Part shown: in pieces, positions 49,929-63,894 of the stretch | How the letters are laid out: every line of letters begins with the position of its first letter | Numbering within the stretch: position 1 is the stretch's first letter | DNA from: Felis catus | Lineage: Eukaryota | Length of the DNA: 64,000 nt | Assembly (NCBI RefSeq): GCF_018350175.1 | Contig: NC_058368.1 | Location: 77,936,001-78,000,000, forward strand | Direction: 5' to 3' | Position numbers and translations under genes: made by a program | Notes under the pieces: generated by a model | Database searches by the model: none | What the model saw: the letters and a program-made list of their open reading frames with translations, nothing else | What the model was told of the DNA's origin: nothing

Positions 49929-51084
49929 TGATTAAATATTGCTGATAAAAGGAGGTTCAGTAGAGCAAAATGGAAGTTCGGCTGTAGAAGCAAACCATGT
50001 CAAGTATGTTAGCCTTTCAGCCTTTATCTCAAATACACAACCACAGACACACACATGTGTATCTATATATAGTCACTGCATCCAGGTAAATTTCTCACTC
50101 TTTTCAAAGAGATACATCTGATTTCCGTAATGTGGAATGTTGTGCGTGTAGCGAATGGAACTTGGGGCGCCCTGAGAAGGAGGACTCACTCTCTGGAGTT
50201 CAAGGAGGAATATTTTAAGTCAATGTGATGCATGTTGGGCAAGAGAAAAGGTGAGCAAGATAAGGAATAACAAGAGCAGCAGAAAGGCGCACGGTGCCTA
50301 CTCACGGGCCCTGGCCAGTCCCATTTATGTGTGTCGCACTCACTTAATCGTGAAGTTTCCTCTTCCATTCACAAAAACGTCCTGGCTTGATGATGAACTA
50401 CATTTTCACATAACAACAACCTAGAAGTACAACTTCTCGTTCTTCTTTGTACACTAACCACTCTTATCTTCAGCAAGTCATTGAGGATCCTTTGTAAAAT
50501 GGCAATTGTGATAGTCTATCTCCCCTCCCAAGGTCAGCCATGAAATATAAAATAACATGCGAGATGTGAACATGCTTTCAAAGTTAGAAATAGTATTCAA
50601 ATGCCAGACGCTTTTGTCACAATCCCCGCAAAGTATTAGCACTCAGTTACAGGTGCTGTTTTCTGTAATCTATTCTCTTCTTCTCCAGCTGGTACCAGTT
50701 AGATTGGTCTTCTCGGTGGCCGTTTCAATATGCTCCCAACCTAATTCCTTCGCGCTAGTAGTTGCCTCTGACTTTCTCTACTTAAGGGGAAAGAAACAAG
50801 AAAGGAACCAACATTTATTGCAAGCCTACAGCCTTATAAGCACTGAGCAAGGCACCTGCCATATAGTATGGCAATAAATGCTCTTACTTATTAAACTTTC
50901 ATTACAAATCAGGCATTGGGCTAAGCAGCTTGCACAGATCACAACACGCAATGCTGACCACCCGTATTTGAAATTGTTACAACGACCCTTATTATAAATA
51001 AAGAAATGGAGGCCCAACATATAAAGCAACAGTAGTTCAGATTTGAAGTGTCTGAGTCCAAGGACAGTTCTCTGCTTTTGAGCT

Positions 51085-51250
51085 AAATGACCTTGAGCCA
51101 ATCATTTAGCATTTCTGTTCTCCCTACTCATCTGACAAAGGGGCCTAATCATAGTGCCTAATGAACTGGTTTATTATGAAGATTAAATGAATTAATACAT
51201 GGAAAAGTTTAAAAAGGACCTAGTGCATCATAAGTGCTCCATATGTGACA
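51085..51250 (+). mobile_element. MIR SINE
   Basis: tgaccttgagccaatcatttagc...ctcatctg...tgaagattaaatga...taagtgctc. Confidence 0.75.
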
Positions 51251-54200
51251 GTGATGGCTGCCTGCTACTACTGTCATGACTGTTGTCATTAAAATTATAA
51301 TTATCGTATCCAAGGGCATACAACCTGTAGGTGGCAAATAAAATTCAAATTGGGTATTTTGAGCACTGACCTGTTTATTCAGTCAACAATTTATTTAGTG
51401 CGTGCTATGATGCCAAGAATAAAATGATGGGCTGGACTGGACGTTCTTCTTTATATAGCTACTGGTTTTACTCTCAATGGGCTCACATTCTGTCAGAAAA
51501 ATAAATGTAAGCTCATTGTTGTGATACTTGTGAGAGTACACACAGAGAGCACACAGTAGGTATACATCTCCCATTCTAGGGGTGTCCTGTTAAGTCTACA
51601 TCTGAAAATTGAGTCCAAAGTTAACCATACAATGTGGGGAGTGGGGGAGAGAATAAAGGTCCTGAAATTGGAGGCTGAATGGAGAATGGAAAGACTATGT
51701 GCCTGTACAGCAGGTTGTGACATGAGTTAGACAAAAAAAATCAAACAGCACAGACAGGAGCCTGAATTTCCAACCTCCAGATATCAGCCTTGGAGGACGC
51801 TGCAAAAAATAACAGTAAGCACATCTGTTTCGGTACTTTTTTTTTTTTTTTTTAATTAAAAGCTGTCAAATCTTAACCTAAACACATGAATGAATTAATC
51901 ATTTTCTGGCAACCAACATACCATTGGAAACCATTTTACATCTTTTATAAAAATCTCCTAAACATAGTACAACAGAATGATACAAGTAAGAAAATCAATA
52001 TCAACACAAATAAGAAATATCAGTTAAAGTGCTCTTAAACCTCTTCCTCCTCCTCCAAGAATTAGTCACCGGTCAACTTCGATGGATAGAAATAGTGACT
52101 CTGGTAAATTAAGTATCACTAGAAACTATCCTCCATATAGTGTCCACTTATCTCCTTAAAATAGTTACTTAGTTGTCCTGTTATTATTTTCTTCAGACTA
52201 AATCACTGGTTCTCAAATTATGTACTTTCAGAACATCTGGGGTCTATACTATAGTTTTCCATACCAACATAAAAAACAAAAATGGCAGGCCTTCCCAGTT
52301 CACTGGGGAGAAAAATAGTAGACAAGATTGTTTCCATTTTACGTTTGCTTCAAGAATATTTCTTCAAGTTCTGGGGCCTACTTCTGCACGTCTGAAACAC
52401 ACATCATTAATACAAAGGCAGCAAACAGGTATTACTAGAAAACTTACAAATACAGAATGACTTCTCTCATTGACTTGAGTGCTTGTAGTTATGTATTCTA
52501 CTGGTATAATTTCTACTACTTTGTATCACTGAATTAATACACTAATATTATAAAATTATATAAATATAGAACTACCGGGTATCTAGCTGGCTGGATGAGT
52601 TTCCCACCAAAGGCCAAGAGGTCTGCCTTGCTTGATCACAAGTTGCCCCACCCCTCTGGCACCCCATCCCATGCGTGTTACCTACAATTTTCTTCCCCCT
52701 GATTTGCACCACATGTTTACATGGATGTGATCGCCTCAGCAATTCGATCTCCTTGGTTTGGTCTTTGAACCTTTGTGTTCACTGACCTCTGGGAGAGCCT
52801 GCCAGACAGCATGCAGTGAGGTACCATGACGTCAAGGAAATTTCTCCACTGTGGTGACCTCTTTGTTTTCTGTTCCCACCTCTTGCAGCCAGGGTGGAAA
52901 TACTATGACAGTGTTAGGAAAGGAAACAGACGGCTAGATGCTGCAACACCATTAGGTCAAGCCTTATTGTATTGTATACATACCCACACAGTATCTGTAA
53001 ATATCTATATCTATATACCTATGTCTATATTTGTATCTGTGCATATACACAGAGCTAGAAAGAGACACAGGTAGAGACCTTGACATCAACATGTGATAAA
53101 GTACTCTAATGAAGGGACTGTCTCATCTAAGTGATAGTAATGTAAGAAAAATCAAGAAAAGGAAAACCGAGTGCATTTGACTTCTTCAAGCCAGCACCTA
53201 AAAATTACTGTGACTATGTCAAAATGGCCATCTTGTGTTCTCAAACAGGCAAAGCATAACAGCTAATACTGAGAAGTCTCTTCTTTCACAAATATTTTCA
53301 TCAGATGACCAAGATCAGTAAAATCAGTGGAAACGGTGCAAAATCGCCAGGAATGGACGGAGACATATTTTAGGGGAATCTACAATGTTTCTAGCAAAAT
53401 TTTCTCTGAGCTAAGGTCAACTATATGATATCAAGTCAAACCCTTTGAAGAGCTCTGTTTGATCTGTAATTTCCCAGCCATTGGGCTGAAAGAACCAACA
53501 CAGATTATAAAGGGATTTATCTCACAACTTGGAAGGCATCCAGTCCCTGCTTTTCAAGTCAGTGCAAACTACTGTGTCCTTAATAAGTGCTGTCTAAAGC
53601 AAGAGTTCCTCCTGTAGCAGACACATATCTGCTGCTTCACTGAATGAGACTTACCACCGAATGGAAAGGAAATATGCCCGCTGGGATTGGCACACCAGAC
53701 ACCCCCCCCCCCAACACCACCACACGGGCAAGCAACTCAGCAGAAGGATAGTGAAATCTCACAACTTCCTTCATTTCCCAGCTTTGCTGTGTTAATCGCA
53801 ATTTATGGACTTCTGCTGCACGGCAAATGTTCAACAGGCCCCAAACACCCATTTCCAAAGCGCTGGGTATCATCAGAGTATGTTCTGAATAAACACAGTC
53901 CAACGGGGTTCCTAAATCTCTCCCTAAAATATTTATCTAACCACAAAATTCCAAGGGGAATATCTGGTTGATGTGGATGGCACCCTACAGCTTGCTTATG
54001 TAAGTGATGGCATACTGAAGTGCCATCTTGTCTTGATTAGTTATTACAGCTTAGCCCACAGGCTTGCAAGCCCACTTACGTAATATTTACTTATTTAGTT
54101 CCAATTATATGCGTATGTGTCCAAATGTATATCTTTCTGCCTATAACGGCAGAATGGTTACAAATGGTTACGCTCTTTAAGCACAGATTTAAAAAATGAG

Positions 54201-55719
54201 AATAGGTTTGCAAATGAGGACAGATTTAAAAATGAAATTGAATGGCCTCTCATGAGACCATGTAGTAAATAGAATTCCTGACTATTCACATTCATAATAA
54301 ATGAAAATAGATACCTTGCTCCCATCGTTTATAAAACCTGGTCTCACTGAACAGTCCTGAAATACCATCTTCATTTATTTAAGCCTACTAAATTAATAAA
54401 TATTTCAACTAATAAATATTACCTAGATGGGGGGGGGGGCGAAGGAATGAAATATTTAGAGAGTACCTATTATTAAACCTTTATAAATATTTGAGGAACA
54501 TATTATGTCGGTGACAAATCACATCCTTCAGGGTCTAATCAACTAGCTGTTTTAAATTCCTCTTTATCTAGGTCACATTAGCCTCCTTTTAAAAATAGCT
54601 ATATTTTAGCTGTTTTTTTCTTTGTTCACTGTAAAAATACAAAACATAAGGAAGAGAAAGACCAACCATAATAGCGCCATCAGAGGCTACCAGTGGTTAC
54701 GTTCGAGGATGATCCTTCACGTTGAGTTACAAAGTGGATGTCACTGTACATACAGGTGCAGCTACGATGAGCTTTTCTGCAGTTGCACCCCTTTCTTCCA
54801 GGAGGGGACTGTGGCTCATGGCCCCCTGAGAACCTTAGTCAACCTCACCGAGGGCAGTGCTAATAAGATGAACCCGTATCCTCCCTAGCAATCAAGCAAA
54901 TAAAACAGACACCTTTCACATTAGACACCACAGTAACACAAACAATGGCTTGGCAATTCCAAATGTTGCTGGACAAAAGGATATGTTGTGAAGAACAGCG
55001 TGCTCACCCAAACATGATCTTTTCAAGTCCAATGAAACCAGACATAAAGAAAATGTACGGTTAGGTCACTAAAAATTCATTTTCCTTCAAGGGGAATTTT
55101 ACTACAAACCAGATGGAAATGCAGACCTATTAGCACTCACAAGGACAGGAGAAATACATACTGAAATCTGCAATCCATCAATCGTCTCACGGATCGGCTG
55201 GGTTAATGATATGTATAATCAATACAGACGTAAACAGATGGATTAAGTGTCAAACAGAATATTTCAGAACTGTGATCAGCCTATGAGAAGCTTTATATCC
55301 GCATATGTAAAACATAAGAAAAACCTCTTATTACAAGCATATTGATGCTTCATGTTAGAGCAACATTCAAACAGCACCGATTTCATTTAAAGTGTAAAAA
55401 AATTCCATTAAAATAAACTGATGTAGCCCAACTTCTAAACTGCTGATTGTCATATATTGATTTCACGTATTCAGTTCGAAACAGTCACAGAGAGGCACAA
55501 AATGTGGACTTCTGCTCCACTCTTTGTTTTAATGAGCATCTGATCCCTAAAAGGAATCAACTAAAAGCTATAGAAATGAAAGCAAATTAATTTTTACTGA
55601 CTGTCATATCACAGAAAGAGCCCAAACTGACTCAGAGTTATTTTTTTATAATTTTATTTTGTACTATGGCTAAGGGAAGCAGGCAACTGATAACAGAAAG
55701 AATTAGAAATTGAGGTTTG

Positions 55720-55936
55720 GGGGGACACGAGAGCCTGGGGGGGGGGGCTCAGTCAATTTAAGCATCCAACTTTGCTCAGGTCATGATCTCATGGTTCATG
55801 ACTTCGGGCCCCGCGTCGGGCTCTGTGGTGACAACAGCTCAAAGCCTGGAGCCTGCTTCGGATTCTGTGTTTCCCTCTCTCTCTGGCCCACCCTCGCTCG
55901 TGCTGTCTCTCTCTCTCAAAAATAAATAAACATTAA
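55720..55936 (+). mobile_element. Feline CanSINE
   Basis: SINE body with an altered G-rich head. Confidence 0.93.
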
Positions 55937-56600
55937 AAGAAAATTCAAAAAACAGAAGAAATTGGGGCTGTGTGGAAAAAAGCGTCAGAGAGCCAGAGGG
56001 AAAATGCAACAAGAAACGGGGAGCTATAAAGAGAGATTAGGGTGCAGAAAATGATACAGAGGTACCTTACCCCCCTCACCATGTGCTTCCCTGACATAGA
56101 AAAAAAATAAATGTCCCATGGGCACAGAAACAGAGAAAAACGTAACAACATGGAGATCCACACCACGTGACCTTCCTTCTATGGTAGTTCCTCCTAAGTT
56201 AAAGTCACACTGTGCTTTGTGACTAGATGCATACATGGTTTGTCACTGCCTGTTACCTGCCTCCAAGGCAAGATGAACGATTTCAAGGACAAGGATTCCC
56301 TCTTCCTGTGCAACGTTCGAACGGGACTGCGTTAGTGTTCTGGGCAGCAAGAAGTGGTTACCAAATGCTATTCTAGTGTCCTAAAATGCTCTACAGTGGT
56401 TTGTAAGATTTAGTTTCATGGTCCATATCAGAATACTCTATGGGCACATATCCATGTATCAATTAGGGGACAAGAGCAGCTTCTGAGAAGTCAGCGTGAA
56501 TCACGAGTACCTTCAAGTTAGGGAGAATGTTATCCACTGTCTCACATGCTCTCTTGTAACAATGCAAGAGTTACACGGATGCTGCTCTATACATGTATGT

Positions 56601-56912
56601 GTAGTTGCCCACTGAAAAACACGGGGTCCACTTACGTGCAGATTTTTTACAGTACAGGTCTGTAAATGTACTTTCTCTTCCTTATGATTTCTCAATGACC
56701 CTTTGTTTTCTCTATCGTATTCATTGTAAGAATACAGTATATAATACATATAGCATACAAAATATGTGTTAATCAACTGTTTATGTTATCAGTAAGACCA
56801 GCAGTCAACAGAAGGCTGTTAATGGTTAAGTTTATAGGGAAGCATATGTTATATGCAGATTTTCAACTGTGTGGAGGGTTGGTACCCCTTATCCCCAGTT
56901 GTTTGAGGGCTG
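56601..56912 (+). mobile_element. Tigger2a-like (TcMar) non-autonomous DNA transposon
   Basis: gggtccacttacgtgcagatttttt...gtaagaatacagtatataatacatata...aaatatgtgttaatcaactgtttatgttatcagtaag...cagattttcaactgtg. Confidence 0.88.
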
Positions 56913-57184
56913 TGTGTGTGTGTGTGTGTATGCACATCCTCACAATGCCATTTATAATAGACATTTTCTCTGTGTATTCATGTCAGCATACCCTGCTCTA
57001 AAACATACCTTAAGGCATTCCTAATCATTACAAAGTGTTTTTCTCTTTTCATGTTTCTGTGTAAGAAGAGATCCTCTTAAAGAGTAGGGAGGCACTTATA
57101 AAGGAAAGAGACACAGAGAAAGCAAGAGTTCCCAGGAATCATGACTAGGCACTTCTCAGGACCTACAGAGAGAGCAGGAGACAC

Positions 57185-57400
57185 TGGGAGGGAGACTGGC
57201 CTCAATGCAAGTCTCAGCTCTGTCACTTGAGTCCTGTGTCCTTGACCAAGTCATCGCACCTATTTCAGGCTCAGTTTCCATAACTGAAAATGACGTCCAT
57301 GAAAACTGCCTTCTGGGATTCGTTTCAAAATAAAATCAGATGTTGCATCTACAGTGCTTTGAACAGTAGCATCTGGCCTATAGTAAGCACTCAATAAATG
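57185..57400 (+). mobile_element. MIR SINE
   Basis: ctcagctctgtcactt...ccttgaccaagtca...ctcagtttcc...tagtaagcactcaataaatg. Confidence 0.8.
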
Positions 57401-57706
57401 GATAATAGTTTATTTCTAAAATTATGGCTCTGACAGGATGTATATTGTACACCTGTGGCAAGTTATTTTACCACTCCGATTCTAGGCTTTTCTTCTGCAA
57501 AGTGAAAATAAACACCTATCTATAAACAGAAGTCCTTCACAGGATGAGGGATCTTCTATGAAACTTCCCCAACACAAAGAGGCACGATAAATAATATTAA
57601 CATAGTAATTTCAAGAACACTTAGGATATGAACAAAATCATTGGGACTTAATCTTTTCTACTAATTGAGACCTCCAGAAAACATTTATTAAGAATAGGAT
57701 TGGACA

Positions 57707-57903
57707 GGGATGCCTGGGTGGCTCAGTCGGTTAAGCATCTGACTCTTGGTTTCCACTCAGGTCATGATCCCACAGTTCGTGGGTTTGAGCCCCACATCAG
57801 GCCCCACACTGACAGTGCAGAGCCTGCTCGGGATTCTCTGTCTCCCTCTCTCTGCCCTCCGCTCCTCTCACTCTCTTTCTCTCTCTCAAAATAAGTTTTA
57901 AAA
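57707..57903 (+). mobile_element. CanSINE
   Basis: gcctgggtggctcagtcggttaagc head and body. Confidence 0.94.
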
Positions 57904-59228
57904 ATACATGAAGAACTGTTCCAGTAGCCTTAACTGAACCAGCTAGTCCCCCTGCGATCAAAGGCTGCACACGGACCCAGCCATGTCCTGTTCCTGCACT
58001 CGGCTATGGTCGCTACTTTGAAAATCCATCAGCGTAGATCCTCCAAATATCTAAACTTCAAAATCTACTCTAGTTTGTCCTAGAATTATGATAGTCTCCA
58101 ACAGCAGCCAGTTATCTAAGACATTCTCTTGATTATCTCTGTTATTGAGAGCCACCTAAAATTCAGAGGCCATTGTGTGAGGTCTCAGGACCCGTGGAGT
58201 CTTGCATTGTAAGTATCAATGAGGGCCAAGGTCAACTGTATATGTGGTACAGCTGTGTATGCCTAAAGTTGTAAAGGTCAAATAGTTACATTATGCCTAG
58301 CAAATTATTCACAGATATACAGGATAGTGACTCTAGTTCCCTAATCGAGAAGAGCTTGAAAGATACTTTTCATAATTATCCATAACTGGGCTTTAACTTC
58401 TAAAACAGACCTGAAAGCACCATGGTTTCATAGGTAAATAATACAGACTCTTTTATCCAATGATCTTTCTAATTGCTTTCAAGCCATTAGCCAAATATCT
58501 TTCTCAAAAGTGCAGGGTTTACCAGTAGCCTGTCTGAGAGTTGTCTAGTCTAATTAAGAAGATATGTTAATGGCCGGGGTGAAATCTCAATAGAACCATT
58601 GCAAAAGGTCGTCAGAAGGTTCTGTTCTCTCTGACTTTGAGTAGTCAATTAAATCTTGAACGACCTAAACCGTCATTTTTTTTCTTCCCTTTTTAAAGAA
58701 TTTCCTTTTCACTGTGTCTACTTTGCTTCTGGCGATTCTTTTGTTGCATTCTTGGTTTTGGCCTAAATTTTCCTTGACCTTTTAGCGTCCTTGTAGTCAT
58801 TTATCTTCTTCCTTCTGAGGAAGAAGGGAGTTTGCATTTAACACCTTAAATAAAATCACTGGACACGCATTTCTTTTTCCCCAAAGGGGCATAAAACCAT
58901 TTCATTTGAAAATGTACTTATAATACATAGAATATTCTACCTTGCAGTTTAGATTTGTATTATGTTAGTGATTAAAGCTCAAAAAAATCTAACCAAAGTA
59001 TAAAACTAATACAACCTTTAACTTTACTTTTTGGATGTTTCCAAATCCCAAATTCCTAGATTGGTTTGAGATTATATTTTAATATAAACTTTTTATTAGT
59101 GTATTTGAATTTTGATTTTTAAAGTGCTTTGCAACTGAACATATAAATAGACGTTAGGCCTACATATTATGATCATAATTAATACAGTGTAATATTTAAT
59201 GGCTATCAAATAGATTGGAAGCCATCAT

Positions 59229-59260
59229 TATCTATCTATCTATTTATCTATCTATCTATA
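59229..59260. repeat. (TATC)n microsatellite
   Basis: Directly visible, with one interruption. Confidence 0.95.
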
Positions 59261-60574
59261 TTATGCCTCAGTGAGGCATTTGAGGAGTTATATGAAATAT
59301 TATGTGAAAAAAAATCTCTTATTAACAAAGTAGGAAATATATCAGCAAAGGATAAATTAATCTGAAATGTGCAGTATCATTTACAACAGCCTTTCCTAAA
59401 ACATACTGAATGAAGAGAGAAATTCTGTGGTGAAATGACTGTGGAAAACACAGTAATTAGATCTCTTCTCGGGTCATGGTTTTGCATATTAGCCTATTAT
59501 AATAAAAGCTCGGGTCCTAGGTAAGAGAAACATTTGTTAACAACCTCTGAAAGCAGGGTTCTAAGGAACATACTTTTTAAAATGTGGTATTCAAAAATTA
59601 TATGCAAAATCTCTACCATTTGTGATGGTTCCCAGTTAAAAATTAATGTTTAGGTTTTATGGAATGGAAAATTTCAGGATAGACCTTTATTACCTATTAC
59701 ATTAAAAAGAGGTTTCTTACATCTTATATTTGCTTTATTTAATGAACATTAAATGAGTATCTAGAATGTACTTTGCTAAGCACAAGTAATTTAGGATGAA
59801 TAATTCACAGTTCTTACTGAGCTCAATTTCATCAAAGGATATAGTGAAAGTGCTAGTTCTTAATTAAGGTCAACAACATATTGGCTAGGCGTCTACCGAA
59901 GCTATTGACTTGTGATACGTGTTGTATTCAGATCTTTGACATATTCCAGCCTGCTCATATTCTACCTTGATGGATTATTTTCAATTTTCTTATCAGAAAC
60001 ATGAGGTGAAAACAAAAACAGCCCTAGAATATGCGAACCTATCTTGATATATACGATAAATCACTGGTCAGGACTATAAATCATACTCACGGAATAAGCG
60101 AGGTTAAAAATAATGCTGAATACAGACTGCTATTTTTGTTTGCAGCTACTATATGTCAATTCTTGGAAGCTAGTAATAGAATAATCTTGTGATTACTTTG
60201 CCATGGGTTGAACAAAAAAAGAATTTTATAAAATAATCTCAGGGGATTGATATTTTGCTCTTGTTCTAATCATCTATCTCCATTTCCCCCATAAATTCTC
60301 TAAAACAAAACAAAACAAAACGAAAAATTGTCCTACAAAAATTTTCTCTTATACTTAATAAAAACATGTCTGTGTTTTAAGTTTTGATTTCCTTATCACT
60401 GAAAAATAACAAGACATATCACTATTTGGTATGAGTTTAAGATCAACTAGGTTGTAAAGGTCACTTTATATTTTTAATCCTGCTAAAGACCATTTTTTCC
60501 CCTTAAATGATAAACTTCGAGTATCTTTAAGAGTTCATCATTCAATTAATTACTTAAGTCAGGCTGTTATGTTT

Positions 60575-60820
60575 TTTTTTAATTTTTTTTTATTTTTTTT
60601 AAAAAAAATTTTTTTTTCAACGTTTATTTATTTTTGGGACAGAAAGAGACAGAGCATGAACGGGGGAGGGGCAGAGAGAGAGGGAGACACAGAATCGGAA
60701 ACAGGCTCCAGGCTCTGAGCCATCAGCCCAGAGCCCGACGCGGGGCTCTAACTCACGGACCGCAAGATCGTGACCTGGCTGAAGTCGGACGCTTAACCGA
60801 CTGTGTCACCCAGGCGCCCC
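60575..60820 (-). mobile_element. Feline CanSINE, youngest SINEC_Fc type
   Basis: Carries cagccaggtcacga, gatggctcag, gtttccgattc and cccaaaaat; most CpGs retained; TSD ctgttatgttt. Confidence 0.97.
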
Positions 60821-61126
60821 AGCCTGTTATGTTTCTATTCATCAACCATTAATTGAGTGTCTACTATGCTACAGATACTGAGCTAGAATATTTACCCCCT
60901 AATGAATTCGAAAAGAGCAACACTTATTTCAGTCATTTCTCTTGACATTTCCAATGCACTGAAGAAGGCTTGTTGAGGTAGAAGTAATTCTGGGTCAATC
61001 TCAATGTGCGTATTTGTCTCCATGTGCACACATGTTGCTGCAGATCCCCAAATTTGTATGTCATGCCCTACATTTTGTGAATGGTTTGCAAATCCTACTG
61101 GTAGGTCCTACAGGGAGCTGTCAACA

Positions 61127-61163
61127 GATTCAATTCAATTCAATTCAATTCAATTCAATTCAA
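61127..61163. repeat. (AATTC)n pentanucleotide microsatellite
   Basis: Directly visible, ~7 units. Confidence 0.97.
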
Positions 61164-62324
61164 AACTCTCATCTGACTTTTAAATCAGCTAGGAAAATGA
61201 ACACTGTAAGAAATCACTACTGTATTCCAAAGCAATTTGAACACGATTCTATTGTGGCATTTCTTTCCAAATTCGGAGGGCAAAACCCTTTAAAAAAATG
61301 CAGTCACAGATTTTCCAGAAATGTTATATTCAGTTCACTTTTCCTGATGAGGTGAACTGTTTTGGACAAACTACAACCTCTCCCAGTCTAAATTTTTCAT
61401 CAGTAAGTTGGAGTTAAAAATACCTCTGACCTAACACAGTATATCACTTTGGGTGTTACATTTTCTATTGTTTACTAATTCACCCAACAGATATTTATTG
61501 AATACCTAGTGTGTGCAAGGGTCTATGCTGGGCAACTGGGGAAGGGATTCTTGGGAAAACAATCATGCCTCTGCACCTGTGCCATCTAGGCGAACATATC
61601 ACTGTGAAATTAACCACGGTCTGAAGGAGCCGAGCAAAATTTTCTTCAAGGACCGGGCAGAAATCCCAATTTTTATGGACCTTCCTCTCTCTTTTCAGAA
61701 CGAGAAGGGATCTTTCCTCCCTAATAGCTCCATATTCTGCATATGTCTAGTACAATATATCTCAGAGACCACATCATACTGTAGTTATTGATGTGAGTTC
61801 TTCGGTCTCCCACTGGGTTATCGGTGTCATTCGGGTGAGAAAAACAAGCTTTACCTAAACTAGCCAACATTTCATGGGCTCTCATGTGTGATCTCACTTA
61901 CGCTTCCTAATGGTATGAGAAAGTGGGCCCACCATTTCAAAGACAAGGGAACCACGGTTTAGGGAGGCTCAGAGTATCTCAGCTTAGTTAGGAAACGACC
62001 GAGCAGGCTGGCTGTGATGCACGTGGCCTGGAACAGCTCGGTGGCGATATCTTAGTAACACTGACACAGTAAAACTGTCCTAAAGTGCCAGCTGACCTTG
62101 TTTTCCCACATGCACAACTTGCTGGGCTCGGCAGCCAGAGGGAAGAGGGAAGTGCCGTGGCCCATCAGCTGCAGCTTCCAAAAGCAGTCAGGAGAGAACA
62201 AAACAAATGTACAAATTGACCTAAATCTGGGGTCAAGTCTTTTTTTAAATCGTTATTATCAGTGGAAACACTGAGCTTGGGCAACTCAGCGGGGTGAGAG
62301 GCAACAGAGGGCACTGATGAGTTA

Positions 62325-62525
62325 TGTCGGCTCCGGAGCCAGACAGGCTGGGTTCTGGTTGTCTCCATCCTGCCCCAGGTGGGCGCGAGCCTCCGTAAGA
62401 GCCTCATCCCCTCTTTCCTCAGCTTCCTCCTCTGTAAGAGGGGGCTGGTGATCACATCTGTGTCACAGGGCCGTGGCGAGGATTAAATGAGAAAGTGCAT
62501 GCAAACGGTTCTGGCACACGCTACG
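62325..62525 (+). mobile_element. MIR SINE (unusually GC/CpG-rich)
   Basis: ggctccggagccagacaggctgggttc...cctcagcttcctcctctgtaa...gaggattaaatgagaaagtgcatg. Confidence 0.85.
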
Positions 62526-62822
62526 CTTCTAGGCATAACAGTAACACAGCCGTCAACACCCACGGAACAGGTCGCAGGCTTACACCAGCGTTATATCCTG
62601 ATAGGCGCTATCACCAAGCCAGAGTCAAGTGTGACTCATGAGCTCTTAGACTCTATCACATCTTCATTTATTAAGCCATTTATCACCTGAATTTCAGGAG
62701 CGTTTTCTGCAGACCTTCTGTGCACCACAGGAGCCATGGCAGATCTCAGGGATACAAAGCTGAGTAGGAAACAGTCTCCCTAGGACATCATAGATTTCAG
62801 AACAATCAAAAATGTGAATGCA

Positions 62823-62986
62823 GGGGCGCCTGGGTGGCTCTGTCGGCTGAGCGTCTCACTTCAGCTCAGGTCATGATCTCATGGTTCGTGGGTTCGAGCC
62901 GCACATTAGGCTCTGTGCTGACAGCTCGGAGCCTGCTTCAGATTCTGTGTCTCTCTCTCTCTCTCTCTGTCCCTCCCCCACTCGCA

Positions 62987-63021
<35 letters not shown>

Positions 63022-63056
63022 AGAAATAAATGAATAAGCATTTAAAAGAAGTTTTT
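62823..63056 (+). mobile_element. Feline CanSINE
   Basis: TSD aatgtgaatgca at 62811-62822 and 63057-63068. Confidence 0.97.
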
Positions 63057-63894
63057 AATGTGAATGCATACTTGAAAAATGCTTGAAATGGGCTTTGATA
63101 GAAGTGCCAAAATATTTTTAAAAATTCCAGATTCAGGGGTAGTCCAATAAAATAGCCATTATTTTATTATTTGATGCCTTTCTGTTTGTGGCAATTTGTC
63201 TAACACTTCATGTAAGGTATCTTGTGTGATTATCGCAGCATCCTCACAAGTGTGCCCATTTTAAAGGTAAAGAAACGAAGGTAAGAAGACAATTTCAAAT
63301 TCACCCTACTCGTGCAGCTGGTAACGGGTACAGCCACAAGTCTGCCTCTTGAGCTCTGTCACTGTTTGGGAAAGAGCAGCAAAGAAAAGGAGACGCACCC
63401 GTGGGTCCCTTTCAAGGACAGATCGTTAATTTCATGCATGTTATAGGAAAGGAAGCAAAAGAGACATTAAAGAAACTAGAGTAAATAAGCCAAAGAAATT
63501 ATCACATGTTATATAAATTTTATATAACATACGTCATAAAACTGGTAAACATATTTTTGCCACGTATTCCCAGAAATGTTCCTGGTGTCTGTGGCCTGAC
63601 ACTGTGCTCGCTTTCTGCCTCGTTCAAATTCTCTGCTGATTCGTTTGCTGGTGAATTAAAAATGTAATTTAATAAAGTAGACTTCAATTGCACACCTTAA
63701 GTTTCAAAGAATTGACTCCAGATCCCAAAATGAAGGAGACCTAGATAAATAACAGAACTTGTTACAAACACCCAGGGCTTTTAGGGTGGCTGCATATTTA
63801 ACATTAACGGGAGTAAACTGGGACACTTGGCTGCCAATCCCTTGCAAACCTAGGCTGCGGGAACAGGATTCAGAACAAAGGAAACATCTGTCTC

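Noticed and set aside
58590..58835. Good minus-strand acceptor (ctcccttcttcctcag) before a purine-rich stretch
   Set aside because: Stops in all frames, no good donor, and it resembles decayed L2.
2567..63037. Recurrent MAQSVxRPTSAQVMIS... ORFs that look like a gene family
   Set aside because: All are translations of CanSINE copies; their tRNA-like A/B boxes are not tRNA genes either.
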